Source: Phoronis australis
Lineage: Eukaryota; Animalia; Phoronida
DNA: 64,000 nt
Direction: 5' to 3'
Assembly (NCBI GenBank): GCA_002633005.1
Contig: NMRA01000462.1
Span: 289,594 to 353,593 of the forward strand
The notes under the pieces are model-generated. The model saw only the letters and a program-made list of their open reading frames with translations. It was not told the origin of the DNA and searched no databases. The translations under genes and the position numbers were made by a program. Positions 13,135 through 26,264 of the stretch are shown in pieces. Each line of letters starts with the position of its first letter. Position 1 is the first letter of the stretch.

Positions 13135-16100
13135 ATGTCTTATTGCAAAACGGGGGGTGGTTCTGTGAAGCAGACGATTAGATTACGGGTTTTTATGAAC
13201 TTACAAAGAAAGCATTTGGAAGGTGGGATATTCCCTCTGTTTATTGCACGTGAATCGTGTCGGAATTGAAGGACTTCATAGTTGGTCGAATTGCTATGCC
13301 AACACTCAGAAAATAAGTGAGTGACGTTTTGTGTGCCTTTTAACTAAAATCATTTATTAATGATTCATGCGAAGTTGATGCCGTTAGCTGAGTGCGCAGT
13401 TTGTCATGCAGTTCTGCAAGAAATCGACATTGACTTCAGAAGATGTGTGGCAGACAGCGGCAAGAATTGGAAATTTGTCATCAAATCACAAACATCAGAT
13501 TTGGTTGTTTTGTAGTTCTGGTCAAAGCTGATAACTTCAAGAAGTCTCCTATCCAACAATGTGTTTTCAGCCATAAAATGATAATGTCCTTTTAAATGGT
13601 TTGTGGTTAAAGAAGCTGCAACTATTGTCCAAAATATTTAATTAGGTAGCACCCTATTGTAAACTTGGATTGCCCTTGAGGAGCAACTCCTTGTGCACGT
13701 AAACCTTCTGTATTTTCACTGCCGAATTTCAGATCAGTCTTCAGAGAATTGTCTGCAGTTTTTTGGTCAGGCTCCTGGATTTTTTAGCGGGGCTACAAAA
13801 ATGGTCACTTTCAGAGGGGCTGTTGTTTCTTGACAAAAGTGTTCCTCAGCACCGCAGGCAATTTTGTGTCAGAATTCAAAAACCACAATTATCATTATAT
13901 TTGGTCATGACCGACTGCTTCCCAAAAGATGGAAGAATAAAACAATTAATTTGCATCACTCGATTTCATTTGAAAGGAGAGGGTTCCTAACATTTCTCTT
14001 CCAGTTACAATACTTCTTGTCTAATTTGAAATAAAATATACAATATCCACAGTAATGTTTTCTCCAATTCAAAGAAAAATGATATGTTACCATGCTCTAT
14101 TCAGATAGTTTATATACAGAGCAGGTGTAGTATACTCTTAGACTAATTGGTGTGTGTTAATTAGTGTTTGAGTTGCCCCCTCATTGTGCACTAGCATAAT
14201 GCTATTTCAAGCATGTTGCTTCGACAGCTCATTCAGGAACTAATAAGACTGATTGGTTGATGTGATCACGCACTTGTTTGTTTCAGACCTGCATAAACTG
14301 TTAGATAACTTCTCACTTATGTCAAGGTTGAGCTAAATATGCAATGTCCTCTGTGTGTACGTGGTAGCGTTCTCCAACGAGAAACTTCGGCGGCATTGGG
14401 ATTTCAAATATCATTAAAATCTGTACACTGGGTCGGTATGCCTCCACGCATCACTTTCGTTTATGCAATCCATGCTTGTGTAATTTTGTGTAAATTAAAT
14501 CCTGAATTCAAACCCACATAATCTTAAGAAGTTTTAAATCTCAAAATTAAAACGTTTATCTGCACACCTGAGAAATTTTGCTTTTAGGAACAGTAGGTGC
14601 AAGATGGTGATGCATACCTGGTGATGTTGAAATTAATACCATTTCTTCAAGTTTGAGACACTGCTGGTTTTTTAAATTGAATCAAAAATAACACAGCTCC
14701 TTGCCTGTTGAAAAGAAGAGAAAATGAGTTGAAGGGAAATTCAAATGTTGACTTAACACAGGTTTAGAATGTATCCTGATGTTAGATTGGTCACTAAAAA
14801 ATTACCAAACATTTAAAGTCGCATTTTGCTCCATTTAGCTGGCTAAAAAACAAACAAACAAATTGAATTGGTCCTTTTATTCTCTTAAACTCAGTTTCCT
14901 AATATTCGTTGCCATAGGATTCCATTTAAATTACATGCAAGGTATATTAAGTGAAATGCCTGATTTGATGTTTTCATTTTTAGTCAGCTAAAGGGGACAA
15001 AATTCTGCTTAAAACTTGGTGCATGAAAGTCACAACAGTTCTGCTCTGATATGGAAGTAAACGCAGAATCCCCAAAAGTAAGGTAATTATTACAGGTAGT
15101 TCCAGGTGCATATTTTTGTACTGAATATGGTGAAGTTTCTTCAAATTAGAATACAGTATGGTGGGTTAGTAAAAATTTATTTTCTTAAAATTTTCAACAA
15201 GAGTGAACATCAATACATTTTTTTATTTGAAAACTATGTAGTTGGATTGTCATCAGCAAACCCATGATGAAGTGCTGAACATTTTTGGTAATAGAGTGAG
15301 TGTTTGAAAAAATTTACGTTTTTATTCGACTTTGAGAAAAGTTTACCTTAACCTAGCAATAAGAAGTGTTGTAACTTGGTAATTGATGAGACATGGTGGT
15401 GTCCAGTTTACCTTTATTTGTAATTTTAGTAGACACCATTTCAAAACGAGGCATCAACCATTGGGAAGTGATTAGATCATGGCATTTATGAGACTAATAT
15501 GAAAATCAATGTCCGTAACTAATTAAAAGGCTTTCGTGAGTCGTTGATTGTTGTTAGTCTAAAATAAGAACATGATATTGGTAGCGAACACGTGACACGG
15601 GAATGAATGGAAAATTTCGTGCATGTATTTTTCAGTACATGTACCTCCAATGCAAATTTTGAAATGGTGTGAAGCGGATTCATTCACATTTCAGAAATTT
15701 GTACTGAGATAATGTCCAGGACGTTTATATTTAAAAATAATAAGTGTTGAACACTAGCATGAGCGTTTAAAGGCAAATTTGAAAAATGCGGTGTTGTATT
15801 ACTGCTCTAAATTCTACAGTTTGAGAAGCAAAATAGCGGAGAAGTGGACTTTAATTTTTATGGACAAAAACTGTTATTTAGTTCTTTGCAAGGTTTAAAA
15901 TTTTACGGGATTTTACACAATTTTGAGTATTTTCAGTGACAGCAGTAAGTGTTAAATTAATGTAATGTGCAACCACGAAAATGTCGAAATTTTGTGAACT
16001 TCAGAACAATATATCCAAAACCGGTGGTCAGATTCAAATTCTACAAACTTTATACTTTCAGGGATTATTTTACAAGAATAATTCCCTCTAATTTGTCGTG

Positions 16101-16185
16101 TTCCCATGCATTCGACTATTCCAACAAATTCTGTAGGCTCTATTGGCGGGTCTTGAAAATGTGTTAATCTGGACTTATAGGAGAC

Positions 16186-17011
16186 CTAGGCGGATTTAGG
16201 GGGCCCGGCCTCCCCCCCCCCCCTTGGCTGCCGCAAACAAAAATAAAACAGCAAGAGCTTAGAGAAATGTTGAGTTTATTAATTAACCCCAGTAATTAAA
16301 ATGATACTCCTGAAACAAGATTTAAATGTGTGCAGTTTTAGTGTTGGGGGGCTCAGATCCAATTTCAAGTGTCACATTCGGAACACGGCGCAATCCTATC
16401 GGAACTATGGCTAAGTATCTAGGCTCTACCGCGATATCCCAGGCGACCGGTAGTGGCGCTGCACACTACGACTCCCGTTTCCGACATCTGCTCCACTGTG
16501 CAATTCATTTTTTAAAGAAAATGGAATGTGAGTGACGATTAAAAAACCGAAGCTGCTGGTAAGATGTGAATTTTAATCGAAACCTTAGTGAATCACTCAG
16601 AAACTCATAGTTAAGTCTCTCTTTGTCAAACCTTAACTTAAGACGATTTCCAAAGCAATCGCGTCATTATTGCCAACACAAAAATGGATTTGGTCTTTTG
16701 GGCAATTGAAGAGTATTTTAAATACAACAAATTTGTTACGAACTGATTGCACAAAATATAAAACGTGTAATAAGCGTTACAAAAATAAGTAGGTTTCGTG
16801 CGTAAACGCTGTAGACCATAAACAAGTAGGTCTCTTAAAATTAAAGTAGAAGTTAAGTCGTGGTGGTGCAATTGTAAAGCACGCGCGCTTACTCGCAGTT
16901 TTTCCTGTTAGACATATTCTCCGTGTTGCGCATCTACAATGTGCTTTGCGCAAATATTCGCAGACAAAATGTTGTCACCCCCCCCCCAGTGATATTCTAG
17001 ATCCGCCACTG
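16186..17011. mobile_element. Non-autonomous hAT-like element
   Basis: Imperfect termini ggcggatttag / ctagatccgccactg with C-runs near both ends and a GC-richer interior; a related terminus cagtgacggatctag lies at 758. Confidence 0.5.
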
Positions 17012-19085
17012 GGACACTGATAAGATCCAGTTGCGGAATTGATTACTGCTGGAGCATTAAATGCAATAATTCCTTTTATAGTCAAAAGCAGTGGTTCTTG
17101 AATTTTAATCAACAAACTTGGTAAGTCATTAATAAAATTTCCCAGTTACAGTAAAAATGCGAAATTTGACTGAAATCATTATATCTGTAAATTTGTGTCA
17201 CAATTTAAAAATGTTTCCTAGTAAAAATTTGCCTGAAAAAATACTGGGATTACTTCAGGCTATTTTCGCATGAGAATGCTACACGTGCAAGGTTCATTAT
17301 TTTGCTTAAGGTCGGAGCCCTTAGCAAACTTTAGAAAGAGGCAATATTGAACATCTCAAATTCAAGAATTTCCATCTCCAATTAACAGTCATCCACCTTG
17401 ATGTAGTACACCATGAATAGGCATGAAACATTGTGTAGGCAGCTATTTCTGTTGGTTTTATGAACTGCCAAGTCTATAGATTGCCCTTAATATAGAACCC
17501 AGTGTCACATATTTAAGAGAAATGATAAATTGCAAAGCTGCCACTTACCTGGAGGCTTTGGGCCGTAGGTTACAGGAGGCTTAAAAACCACTTCTGTGAC
17601 CACTTTGGGTGGGGGAAGTGGCAATTTGAGGGGAATTTTTTAATGTTTTTTGATTAAAAATTTATTGCATTTTATGAAAGTATAACGTCACTCATGCTTT
17701 CTCTTTTGTATTTCGTGAAACTAAACTTGGCTAATGGCTGCAAATTGGACAGAATGGAGCATATTTAAAAACAATGTAATCACGTGTCCATGTGCGGCAC
17801 TGTAAATACTTCATCAAGTCATAAACTAATAAGAATGCTTTTATGACGTGATGGAATATATACCAAACTGACGATGTCGGCAGTTTATTTTGTCCGTGAG
17901 GTCGTTTAGCTCATTGATTTCATTGAACACATTTTCAAATCTTTCACACGTGTAATTTGATTTTCCCCAAAAAATGTTTAACTTACTCAAAGTGGTGAGA
18001 AAGATTCACTATTTTAAATCCAAATCTGCCATACCTTCTTTATCATTTACACTGATGTTACTGTTAGCATTTAATGTAACAAAGATTAAGGTAAACCCTA
18101 AAATTTCTTGAGAAAACCCAATCCGTTGTTTTATCAAACTAGGCAGGAACTGACAACAGTGTTTTGGTTTTGACCGTCCTAGAACACCCTCTCGTTTTAG
18201 AACAATTGGATTCATTGCAATACTGATTGAACTTTTTAAAGGAAAATGCTTTTAAAAATTGATTGCGGTGCCAACACTGAATGGACAGGAAGTTCGTCCT
18301 TAAATTTGCTGCTTCTTTACTCCCCTATCCAACTGCGTCTCAGACGACATGTCCACAGCCTGATCATACCGTCAAGATCCTCCTACACTGCCATGTCCCC
18401 TCAGGTTTGTGTTTCCGAAGTCGATGTTCCCCCAAGTCTTGTAATCCCACCAGCCATTAATTTAATTTCTGCGCGACTTAATGGTGTGCATCAGCTGCAT
18501 AAGTCGATCATTTTCCGGGGGAGGGGAGGTGAATTGAAATGGGTGGCAACTTGGGGTTACTTTTCAGTTAGCAAAGCTGAATTGTTTTGACGGAGGGCAA
18601 TGAACAGGGGGCCCCGCTGTACCCCCAGAAGACGCACTAATATCATTAACCACAGATAAAAGACAACTCCATCTTTGTTCTCCGTTTCGTCTACATGAGA
18701 CTGAGAAGGGTGTCTCTGTGAACAGTTTCTAAATGTCGAATGAGCGCCATTAACATGCTTAAAATTGGTTTAGAAATACGAGAACAAACACAGTCATATT
18801 ACACGTTTCTTGGTGAACATGCCAGTTTTGCTAAGGGATTTAATAGACTACCAAATTTGTAATCCCTCTGATGTAAAGAAGACTTGGAATCACGCCTAAA
18901 TTATTATGGATGGGACCAGGGAGGCATTGTAAATAATATCAAACCCGCGACTTTTGAGTCGGGGAAACATCGCGACGCCGGGAGAACCTAAAGACTGGGG
19001 AACATTGGACATGAAAAACAATAGCTGCCTTCGTGGGTAAAGTTGAAAAGAGAGGATCAAGGAACTATTTGGGTGAGTACATTAT

Positions 19086-19826
19086 AGGTACCAGGAAATA
19101 TATGGATCTAAAGAGAGTAAATGAACATTACTGAATATAACAAGGTACCAGGAAATATATGGAACTAAAGAGAGTAAATGAACATTACTGAATATAACAA
19201 GGTACCAGGAAATATATGAAACTAAAGAGAGTAAATGAACATTACTGAATATAACAAGGTACCAGGAAATATATGGAACTAAAGAGAGTAAATGAACATT
19301 ACTGAATATAACAAGGTACCGGGAAATATATGGAACTAAAGAGAGTAAATGAACATTACTGAATATAACAAGGTACCGGGAAATATATGGAACTAAAGAG
19401 AGTAAATGAACATTACTGAATATAACAAGGTACCGGGAAATATATGGAACTAAAGAGAGTAAATGAACATTACTGAATATAACAAGGTACCGGGAAATAT
19501 ATGGAACTAAAGAGAGTAAATGAACATTACTGAATATAACAAGGTACCGGGAAATATATGGAACTAAAGAGAGTAAATGAACATTACTGAATATAACAAG
19601 GTACCGGGAAATATATGGAACTAAAGAGAGTAAATGAACATTACTGAATATAACAAGGTACCGGGAAATATATGGAACTAAAGAGAGTAAATGAACATTA
19701 CTGAATATAACAAGGTACCGGGAAATATATGGAACTAAAGAGAGTAAATGAACATTACTGAATATAACAAGGTACCAGGCAATATATGGAACTAAAGAGA
19801 GTAAATGAACATTACTGAATATAACA
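19086..19826. repeat. 57-bp minisatellite, 13 copies
   Basis: Unit aggtacc(g/a)ggaaatatatggaactaaagagagtaaatgaacattactgaatataaca, head-to-tail with no spacers. Confidence 0.98.
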
Positions 19827-20444
19827 GAAAAAATGAATTTGCTCTCAAAACCCAAGTTCATTTGCTTTTTTGTCAGAAGTTGTTGACTTGTTGTGTTACA
19901 AATATACACAAGCTTTACTGGAAAGGTAAACATTGATGTCTAAAAAGAATTAAATCTACCTTTCTGGAAGTGTTCCTAAACACAATTCATTAGTAGCAAA
20001 AATGCAACGATGTGTGGAATGGATTAAAATATGATTGATGATAATGATATTGTTTGAACATAATTATGGTAAAAAATCAAATGTGCAATTTATAAGAAAC
20101 TGATATATCTATCAAGACAATTTAGTAACATCGTTTACTGAACAGCAGTTTGACACAAACTAACTGCAGCTACAAAAAATCTCTGTTAATACGCAAACGA
20201 GTGCAAATAACAAGCTACGTTTTAGCGGATGAATGTATGTTTATTTTCATCATTCAGTAGTTTAATGATTATAACCATGTGAAATTGATCCTGCTGTTTA
20301 TATAACTAGGTAACGTAGCACAAGTTTACCAATGGCAGAAAATCTACCTCCCGGAAAACAGAAAAACTCGTACAAAAATAAAACAATAGGGTTTTATTAG
20401 TCAATCATCAATTACGACAAGGAGTTAAAAATGCACTTCTCATT

Positions 20445-20890
20445 TCTACATTTGTGGAGATGAAAAAAACTTTTGACTGGACAAATCATGAACTTTGGTT
20501 TTATAAATTACTGCAAAATAATATTAATGGTAGAATGTATGATGCAATTCGTATGATTTACAGAAGTTCGTTGAACTGTATATGATTAAATGGCACTCTG
20601 TATAGTGGTTGGTTCACTCCTAAAAATGGTTTTCTTTCAGGGGAACGTTTTGTCACCGACACTCTTTGCATTACATGTTGTTGTGATTCTGGTTCTGTGG
20701 AGGATGAGCTACACTTTGTGTTTGACTGTTCTCTTTATAACTCACGGAGATCTATTCTGTTTAATGATGTTTCACTTCAAATCCCGAACTTAGCAGATTT
20801 CAGAAGATTAGATACGTTGAAACTGCTGTTTCAGTATTTCCCTAGGCAATTTGCCAAATATATAAAGTCTGCTTTTGAACTTAGAAACGG
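20445..20890 (+). mobile_element. Decayed, internally deleted non-LTR retrotransposon (RT fragment plus C-terminal CCHC-type region)
   Basis: STFVEMKKTFDWTNHELWFYKLLQNNINGRMYDAI...NCI*LNG...WF...(frameshift)QGNVLSPTLF matches RT motifs FxDxxKAFD and QGxxLSPxLF; followed by VEDELHFVFDCSLY. Confidence 0.85.
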
Positions 20891-23800
20891 ACTACATACT
20901 ACTATATGTCGGTCATGCAACCAAATGGAAGCAAACACTCCAGTACTCTGGTGATACTGGCCAAAATGAAGGACGTTCTAAGTGAATGTAATTTCAGTTA
21001 TTAAGTGGCAAGGTTATTTCAGTATGTACAATCTGCTACACCAACTGCCAATAACGACCAAACACTGAATTCAAAATATACATATAAAAATATATTGCAC
21101 CATATAAATCCAAATATACACAGATAATGGTAGAATTACAGAAACAACCTCTTATTTACACAAAAATCTTTAAGGTGCACATACATTAAGCCACACACAA
21201 CGCCATCTTTTGGATCCCGTTTTGTCTAGAATAAATTTCATTGATTTACAATACAGTGACATATGGGTTTACCAACTTTACATAACACTGCGAAATACAC
21301 TGCACTTGAGGCTAGATTCTGTGCCATGCATTTGTTTGAACTGTAGATTAAATTATTGTTGTATATGGTTCTGGGATATGCTTGTCCTAAAAAACAATTT
21401 AGCCAAAAGGAAATCTATTCATTTGATCTGGACAAGTAGCTTTCTGGGCTTTTGAATACTTGGTCATTATCAACACACCCTTAACGCCACAGGAAAGGGT
21501 TCCGTTTTGACAAACTTCAATTGCTATCCTTTTGAGTGGCACCGAGCGCAAGGATGACTATCCCTCACTATTACATTGATTTCCTGCTACTGACTAAACA
21601 ACTTACAAAAAACATCCCTTGCCCTGCAAGAGTCTACAAAAAGCCTTCCCATAAAAATCTACAAAATCTAAAACATCATTTTGCAAACTATTTCTCTCCC
21701 TATTTACAGTCGCACCTCATTTGAGTTCCTATGTCAATAGTTTTCCTGGATTCATTTGCATGTACTCTATTCTACAAACTTTTCAATCCTGTCAAAATTA
21801 AAAGATACTTACCCACTAAATGTCAGGCACAGATTCAGAAGGGTACATGGGTCCACAAGACCCCCTGTTCATGATCCTGAATCATTGTCTGAAAGTTTAC
21901 CTCATGATTAAGCAGCGACAACTTTGCGCCCATTCTTCAAAACTATTGCACCTTTATATTACCTACAAACTTTTGACTTTTGACCTCTTTCAGACATAAA
22001 GATGAAGACTTTCTCCAGATATGCTATGGTAGACAAAAAGTACTAATAACAGAATAAGAGCAATACATCTACTTCCCAAAATTACAAAACATTCGCACCG
22101 AACTACATAATTTACAAATAATGAACATTGGGCTGTCTATACTACAAATAACGTACAAAATACAGCATAAGTAACCAACACAGTAAATCACAATGAAAGA
22201 ACCAACTTTAAACAATGACGTGGTTAAGGTGAGATGTGTTCAACAAACCCAGCCAAGATTGGTGATAGTAAGGCAATGTAACTACCTGACTGTGTGTACA
22301 ATAGAACCTTGTTACAGCATACATCAAGGGACCTTCGAAATCTACATTATAACCGTTGTTCATTGTAGGCAGGGTACACTTAAATACATACATTAGGCGA
22401 CACCTGGACTTGCTGGTTACATTGCTGTTCACATTATAAACGGGGAATGGAGAAACAAGGTTCGAATACAAAAGCATGCACTCAGTGGTACACGTCAGGT
22501 GGGATCCTCCGCCCACAACTACTTTCTGCTCTCTATCTATACAGACATTAAAAAGAGGGACCTTTATTCATCAGCGCCACCTAGTGAACATCTAGTAACC
22601 CATTGTCAGTGAAAGCTAGAGAAATCACGATTTGCTTAATGTACAAGTTACCTTGCTCAACTTGTCATCACATAACTCGGAAGGCTGCAAGTCGTCCCGT
22701 CCTTGAGTCCAGATTAAATGCCTATACATGGCCATAACCCATCACTCGAATAAGCTGCCTCATTTATCACCGCATAGAAGGCAACGAGTAAAACCAGTGT
22801 GTACAACATGGTTATATCTCCCGGAGACTACCATGATCTCACTGGACTCGTGAAAAAGTAAACAGCACACTGGCCAAATTCTTTACAAGAAGCACGGAAT
22901 GAACTTGGTAGTTCTCAGTTTTGGAAAGACATCGAAGGTGGAAAACAATTGCTCATCAGATAAATCCTATAACACAACAAAAAATTAAACTGCACAGACC
23001 TGAGCTCATGTAATTCACACGAACAGTCATTCTACAGACTGGCTTCTACCAATGAATATAACTGACTGTGTGAGCCAAAGACAGTATTTAAAAATATAGC
23101 AAGAACTATGAAAAGCCAATAGGCTAGGCTCCGATGCAACCCCTATGAGTTTGTGAACTATTGCACAACAGCTAGCATTAAAGTCCCACACCACGATATT
23201 CTTGGAAACTACTACTCTGTTTCATTTTACGGAGTATGTTTGGGTTCTTTATACAGTGAGTTCTACATGACAACAACGTGGACTGATTTCAGTGTGTTCA
23301 ATGCACCAACACTAACTAGATTCATTTCCGATTTTGGTTTGATTTAAATAACACGACTTAGGACTTTAAAATATAACCACACCTGGCATATTGTTTTCAC
23401 CAAAAGCAACTGAGACAGATTTTCAGCACTAACATTTACGAAGTCTACATTATTACCCAAAGTAAGGTCTACCTTCATTCAATCGTTTACCCTTTGCCTG
23501 AACAATAACTTAACAATTGAGAAACCAGGGTTCGAAATCATCAAACACAACTTGAGACTTGAGTCGAAAATTCATCTATCTTGTGTAATTTTGAATTTTT
23601 TTACTATATATACCGGTATTCCTTTCATTGACCTTAATATTTAAAAAAAGGTGACCTCCCGGTGATAACAGTGGTTCCCAAAATGGTCCTTGAATGTTAC
23701 GCGAGATGTGATTGGTCAATTCTCGAGTCTCGGGCTCTGTTGTTTCAGCCCAAGTGATTATATAGTTCACCACACTTCCCTTTGTCTCACCATGGACAAC

Positions 23801-24293
23801 TCCAACTGTACAACTGACTAAGTGGCGTATAGCAAATAAATTCTCCATATAAAGGCACTAGTGTATAAACCCACATTGCGTCCAGGAAGCAAACTTTTGA
23901 TTTACCCCATGTAGTGTTATAAAATTGGTCACAACTAGTTCCTTGCTCAGACAAAGTGGCTTGAGACCAGGCTTTGGAAAGCTTCCACACTGGTATTCAG
24001 TCCTTTTTGCAAGTATCAATAAAAATACAATTGCAATGGTAATTTCCAACCGTGTGGGATTCACAATTTGTGTTTCCTTTCTCACACACCACAACTTATT
24101 AAAAAACTTTTCTCATGAAGCGGTTCTTTCAGGAGTTGCCTAGTTTTGCGTTCACTAGCAGTAATACAACACATACTTCTAGAGTGTGTCTCTTTTGGAA
24201 GGCAATAAAATGTTTGTGAAAAAAGAAAATATGCATGTGATTGGATGGCATGAAATTACAATGATTCATGGAGATCCTTATGCGATTTTTAAA

Positions 24294-24391
24294 TTAGATC
24301 ATGTTATGTTCACATGCTATAGACTTTGATTGTATACGGTGTCTTGACTCACTCTTCAACCGTTCTGCTGTAGATTTGGAGTGATGCCCGC
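24294..24391 (-). CDS. ATRN: Attractin probable last (or penultimate) coding exon
   Basis: tttttgtag| acceptor in phase 1; GGHHSKSTAERLKSESRHRIQSKSIACEHNMI*. An internal GTGAGT donor at 24352 means the exon could instead end at 24353. Confidence 0.6.
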
Positions 24392-25194
24392 CTACAAAAA
24401 TTGAAAAAGAGTCGTGTCAAACATAACTTGTAGGGCTCAACCAGAGGAAAACACAAAATACATGATAAAATGAAGATGAAGTTTATTTTGAATGTGGTTT
24501 TGAAGGTTAAAAATTTGAAATACAATAAAACACATTTGAGATACCAACATGCAAAACCACAAAGTCTTAACTAGCCCCCTCGAGTACTTGCACATAACAA
24601 GCATACAGGATGTGACTCACAGATGAGTTACCTTTTTATGATCAATTTCCCTACAAAAGGGTGCCGGCCATTACAAAGAAATTAGCTACAAAATGGGTTT
24701 ATTTTGAGAGTTTGAAATTCTCCAAAATTCTTTTTCTCACAACACAAATCTACAGAACAGTTTTTGATATTACCTTTGTTTTTTAAACTTTTGTTGCCCA
24801 AGATGTACTAATCATAGACACCCAGTATCTCTTGGTACTATTGCGAGCTTCATAGGTTAACAAATCATCAGTCCAACAACGCCTACGGGTTAGATTTTCA
24901 GAATTAACCCCTTAAATGGGCCGTGTTTATGGACCAAAAGCTCTATACAAATGGGTCCTCTTTTAAATAGGTGGGAATCCATTCACCAGCTGCACCCCAT
25001 TAAAATACAGTCGAGTGCACCCCCTCCCCCTGGGAACATGCTTACATCAGCACTTAAACCGGTTCTTCTGACAGGAACAAAATCACGTGAAAAACATGCA
25101 TCCTAGCACAACAATCAGACCAGTAAAATGCCAGACTTAAAAATCACTAGCCAGATACAAATATGAAATACAAATAAAAATATTATCAAGTTAC

Positions 25195-25345
25195 CCATGG
25201 TCACTAGCGCGCTGGCGATGGCCAATCCCGTCTGACCGTTAGGGGTGTGGTCTTCATCGCCGCATGGCAGACGGATGAGAAGGGTCAACACACCAGACTT
25301 TTGTCCACTGCATGTCTCCAGTGTAATAGGGCTGGGCTTCGAAGG
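25195..25345 (-). CDS. ATRN: Attractin exon, cytoplasmic tail
   Basis: PSKPSPITLETCSGQKSGVLTLLIRLPCGDEDHTPNGQTGLAIASALVTM (cf. PIALEPC...RLP...GQSGLAVASALV). Confidence 0.95.
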
Positions 25346-26120
25346 CTGGACGGGAAACAACACAGACCATATGAGTAATTTTTAAAAACACAATGACAAT
25401 TTAAAAAATGTACTACCAATGTTACAGTACAGCGATTCTTCAATGAACTAATTACCCAGACTGCCTCTGAGCAAACCAACCTTGCTATAAACCATCAAAA
25501 AGCGACCAGGAGTCTGTTTCATAAATTAAAGTGACTTGAGATTTAAGACAGATATTTGGTCTCATGTTCCCAATTGGTCATTGCTAAAAAAGGCTTAGTT
25601 CAATAATTGAGTGCATCACATTCTAGAAATAATTTATAGAAATTACTGTACTTACTAGCACTTATATGTGTATATTCTGCCCTTTTTACCCGGGTGAGAT
25701 GTAATTATTTTTTAGTAACAACTGACGAAATAAAAATAAACTTTCCCATCATATTGTCGTATTATTACAAATGCTGCAATTTCATACAATGCATTTTCAA
25801 CCAGTGCGCAAGTGATACCCAACCAATCAAACAGTAGAAATCTACATTAAGACAATTGTAATCAAAGCACTTGGACGAGGAAATGTATATTCAGTTTTGT
25901 GTCTGGTCTATCACAAATCATGATGCTATCTGACATTTTGACCAAAAAATCAATAAATACGACAGCAGTGCACTTCATTTATAGCACCGTACGTTATCTT
26001 TTACAGTAACTTTTACTGCTTTTGACACCTGCTGAGTCTGAACTTATCGACTAAGTATGATTCTTTGCACAGTAAGTTATACAAGAGCATTAAGATGAAC
26101 AGAATAATATCTATGCAGAC

Positions 26121-26264
26121 CTTCTTTTTACGACGAGTCATAGTCTCCACTCCGCTGGCAGGTGTCGCCGTCAGCTGCTTCAGAGAATTGTCCGGTGGAG
26201 TGACATCAATGCTTACTGAGGCAAACGGACGGCTGGCCATATGTTGCATCTGAACCAACATTTG
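26121..26264 (-). CDS. ATRN: Attractin exon, cytoplasmic MASRPF motif
   Basis: QMLVQMQHMASRPFASVSIDV...; the MASRPF motif is shared by ATRN/ATRNL1/MEGF8 (MGRN1-binding region). Confidence 0.97.

Noticed and set aside
19086-19826. CRISPR array
   Set aside because: The units are contiguous and identical with no unique spacers; there are no cas genes and the context is eukaryotic.
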